Source of the DNA: Prasinococcaceae sp. CCMP 1430
Taxonomy: Eukaryota; Plantae; Prasinodermophyta
Direction: 5' to 3'
Length of the DNA stretch: 43,864 nt
Assembly: GCA_013416795.1 (NCBI GenBank)
Contig: RQSC01000236.1
Span: 1-43,864 of the forward strand
Part shown: positions 42,501 to 43,864 of the stretch, one piece after another
Position numbering within the stretch: position 1 is the stretch's first letter
Layout: each line of letters starts with the position of its first letter
Program-made: the position numbers and the translations under genes
Notes under the pieces: generated by a model
Told to the model about the DNA's origin: nothing
Database searches by the model: none
The model's input: only the letters and a program-made list of their open reading frames with translations

Positions 42501-43172
42501 TCCGAGGCTGCTGTTCGCGAGCTGTTCGCCAAGGCGCGCGCAGCAGCTCCGTGCGCGCTCTTCTTCGACGAGTTCGACGCGCTGGCGCCGCGCCGCGGCC
42601 ACGACTCCACGGGCGTGACCGATCGCGTCGTCAACCAGCTGCTCACGGAGCTCGACGGCGTCGAGTCGCTGTCGGGCGTGGTGGTGGTGGCGGCCACCTC
42701 GCGGCCCGATCTGATCGACGCGGCGCTTCTGCGCCCCGGGCGCCTCGACCGGCTGCTGCACGTCAACTTCCCGTCGGACGTCGAGCGCGCGCAGATCATG
42801 CGCTCGCTCAGCCGTCGCGCGCGGCTCGCCGACGACCTCAAAGACGGCGAGATGCTCGCACGCGTGGCCGCGGACGCGCCCGGCCTCACCGGCGCCGACC
42901 TGCAGGCGTTGCTGTCGGACGCGCAGCTGTCCGCAGCGCACGAGGCGCTGGATGCCTCCAAGCGCGGCGAGCGCGTCGAGGCGAAGATCTCGTACGAGCA
43001 CGTGATGAAGGCGCTCACCACGCTCAGGCCGAGCGTGCCGCCCGCCGAGGCTGCGCGCCTCGAGCTGATCTATGCGACATTCCTTTCGGGGCGGAAGGCG
43101 AGCTCGTACGACGCCGCGGCCGATGCGGCCGACCGGCGGCGCAAGGGGAAGATGAAGGCGACGCTGGCCTAA
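39566..43172 (+). CDS. PEX1: Peroxisomal AAA ATPase PEX1; first exon(s) unresolved
   Basis: N-domain VEPASADDWEVLEQNA, D1 GASGSGKS, D2 GPPGCGKT, LFFDEFD, APRRGHDSTGVTDRVVNQLLTELDGVE, C-terminal KMKATLA. Confidence 0.93.
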
Positions 43173-43412
43173 AACGCCGCCGGGCTCGTGCGCGCGGCTC
43201 GGCAGGAGGAAAGTGCGGGTTGCGTGGCGCCTGGACGAGACATAAGATGTGCTCGCGACCATTTATTTGCTTGACAGACCGCGTCCGGGCGCGCGGCACG
43301 CGGCGCGCATGCGCAGCATCGGGTGCGCGAGGCATGTGTCACATTCATGTATAGGTTTTAAAGAATACAATGCATGGGAGGCGCCCGCGCTCGCACCGGG
43401 ACCGACGAGGCC

Positions 43413-43864
43413 TCAGCCGGCGGCGGTGAAGTACGCGCCCGCGGTAGCACCGATGGCCGCTAGCAGCATGAAGGCCGCCGCCGCGCGCCTCTCCTGTGCC
43501 TCATCCTGCCGGAGCCACTCTGTGCCCACCTCGGCTGCCGCACGCACGCTGTCGTACACCTCCACCGTGTGCGCATGCGCGCGAGCGCCCGAGGCCGCCG
43601 CCTCGAGCTCGAGCAGGGCGCGGTCCACGCCAGTCTCGAGCGACAAGAGCGGATGCTCCGCGCCGTCTTCGCAGTAGTGCACCACCACGCGCGCGTCCAG
43701 CAGCTCGGGGTGGGCGCGCGCGTCCGCCTCTGCCGCAGCCGCGAGGCAGGCAACCACCAGCGGCATGTGCTCGCGGAACACCTCCTTTCGCAGCGCGGCG
43801 GCGGAGGCGGCTGCCGCGCGCGCGAGCAGGCGCATCGTCGGCGCGCGCACGGAGCGGCCCTCGC
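43413..43864 (-). CDS. Hypothetical protein C-terminus with a terminal hydrophobic helix (runs off the window)
   Basis: Coding-like ORF ending RRAAAAFMLLAAIGATAGAYFTAAG*. No recognised domain. Confidence 0.6.
   Translation of the reverse strand, partial: EGRSVRAPTMRLLARAAAASAAALRKEVFREHMPLVVACLAAAAEADARAHPELLDARVVVHYCEDGAEHPLLSLETGVDRALLELEAAASGARAHAHTVEVYDSVRAAAEVGTEWLRQDEAQERRAAAAFMLLAAIGATAGAYFTAAG

Overview
Gene-dense eukaryotic nuclear DNA, visibly very GC-rich, with short GT-AG introns (donors mostly GTGCGC/GTGAG, CTGAC branch points) and TGTAA 3' signals. Plastid GPAT, fused HisHF and DRP1/DRP2 dynamins point to a green alga; a prasinophyte-like one is my inference. About 21 protein genes or gene fragments can be supported: a small membrane protein, CSN7, an F-box-like protein, WDR4/TRM82, two alpha/beta hydrolases, a bacterial-type ArsC arsenate reductase, a CHR transporter, a DCC1/DUF393 oxidoreductase, an FAD/4Fe-4S D-lactate/glycolate dehydrogenase, plastid GPAT, an FMN LldD-type hydroxy-acid dehydrogenase, an RCC1-repeat protein, organellar TrpRS, a SET/LSMT-like protein, a tandem-RRM protein, DRP2-like and DRP1-like dynamins, HisHF, PEX1 and two hypothetical proteins. 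There is also one clear 493-bp MITE with ~172-bp TIRs and a TA target duplication. No tRNA, rRNA or CRISPR was seen. The most interesting signals: (1) two non-homologous 2-hydroxy-acid dehydrogenases 3 kb apart, echoing bacterial lldD/Fe-S D-iLDH pairs; (2) an ArsC + CHR (with a 6-Cys insert) + DCC1 redox/oxyanion neighbourhood; (3) head-to-head DRP2/DRP1; (4) a possible GUG-initiated TrpRS; (5) telomere-like AACCCTA modules in AT-rich islands. Caveat: this is a draft assembly with two N-runs, four single-N joins at head-to-head gene junctions, and several 1-2 nt frame breaks in G-runs or (GC)n tracts. Exon models were built by eye and many 5' ends are uncertain.
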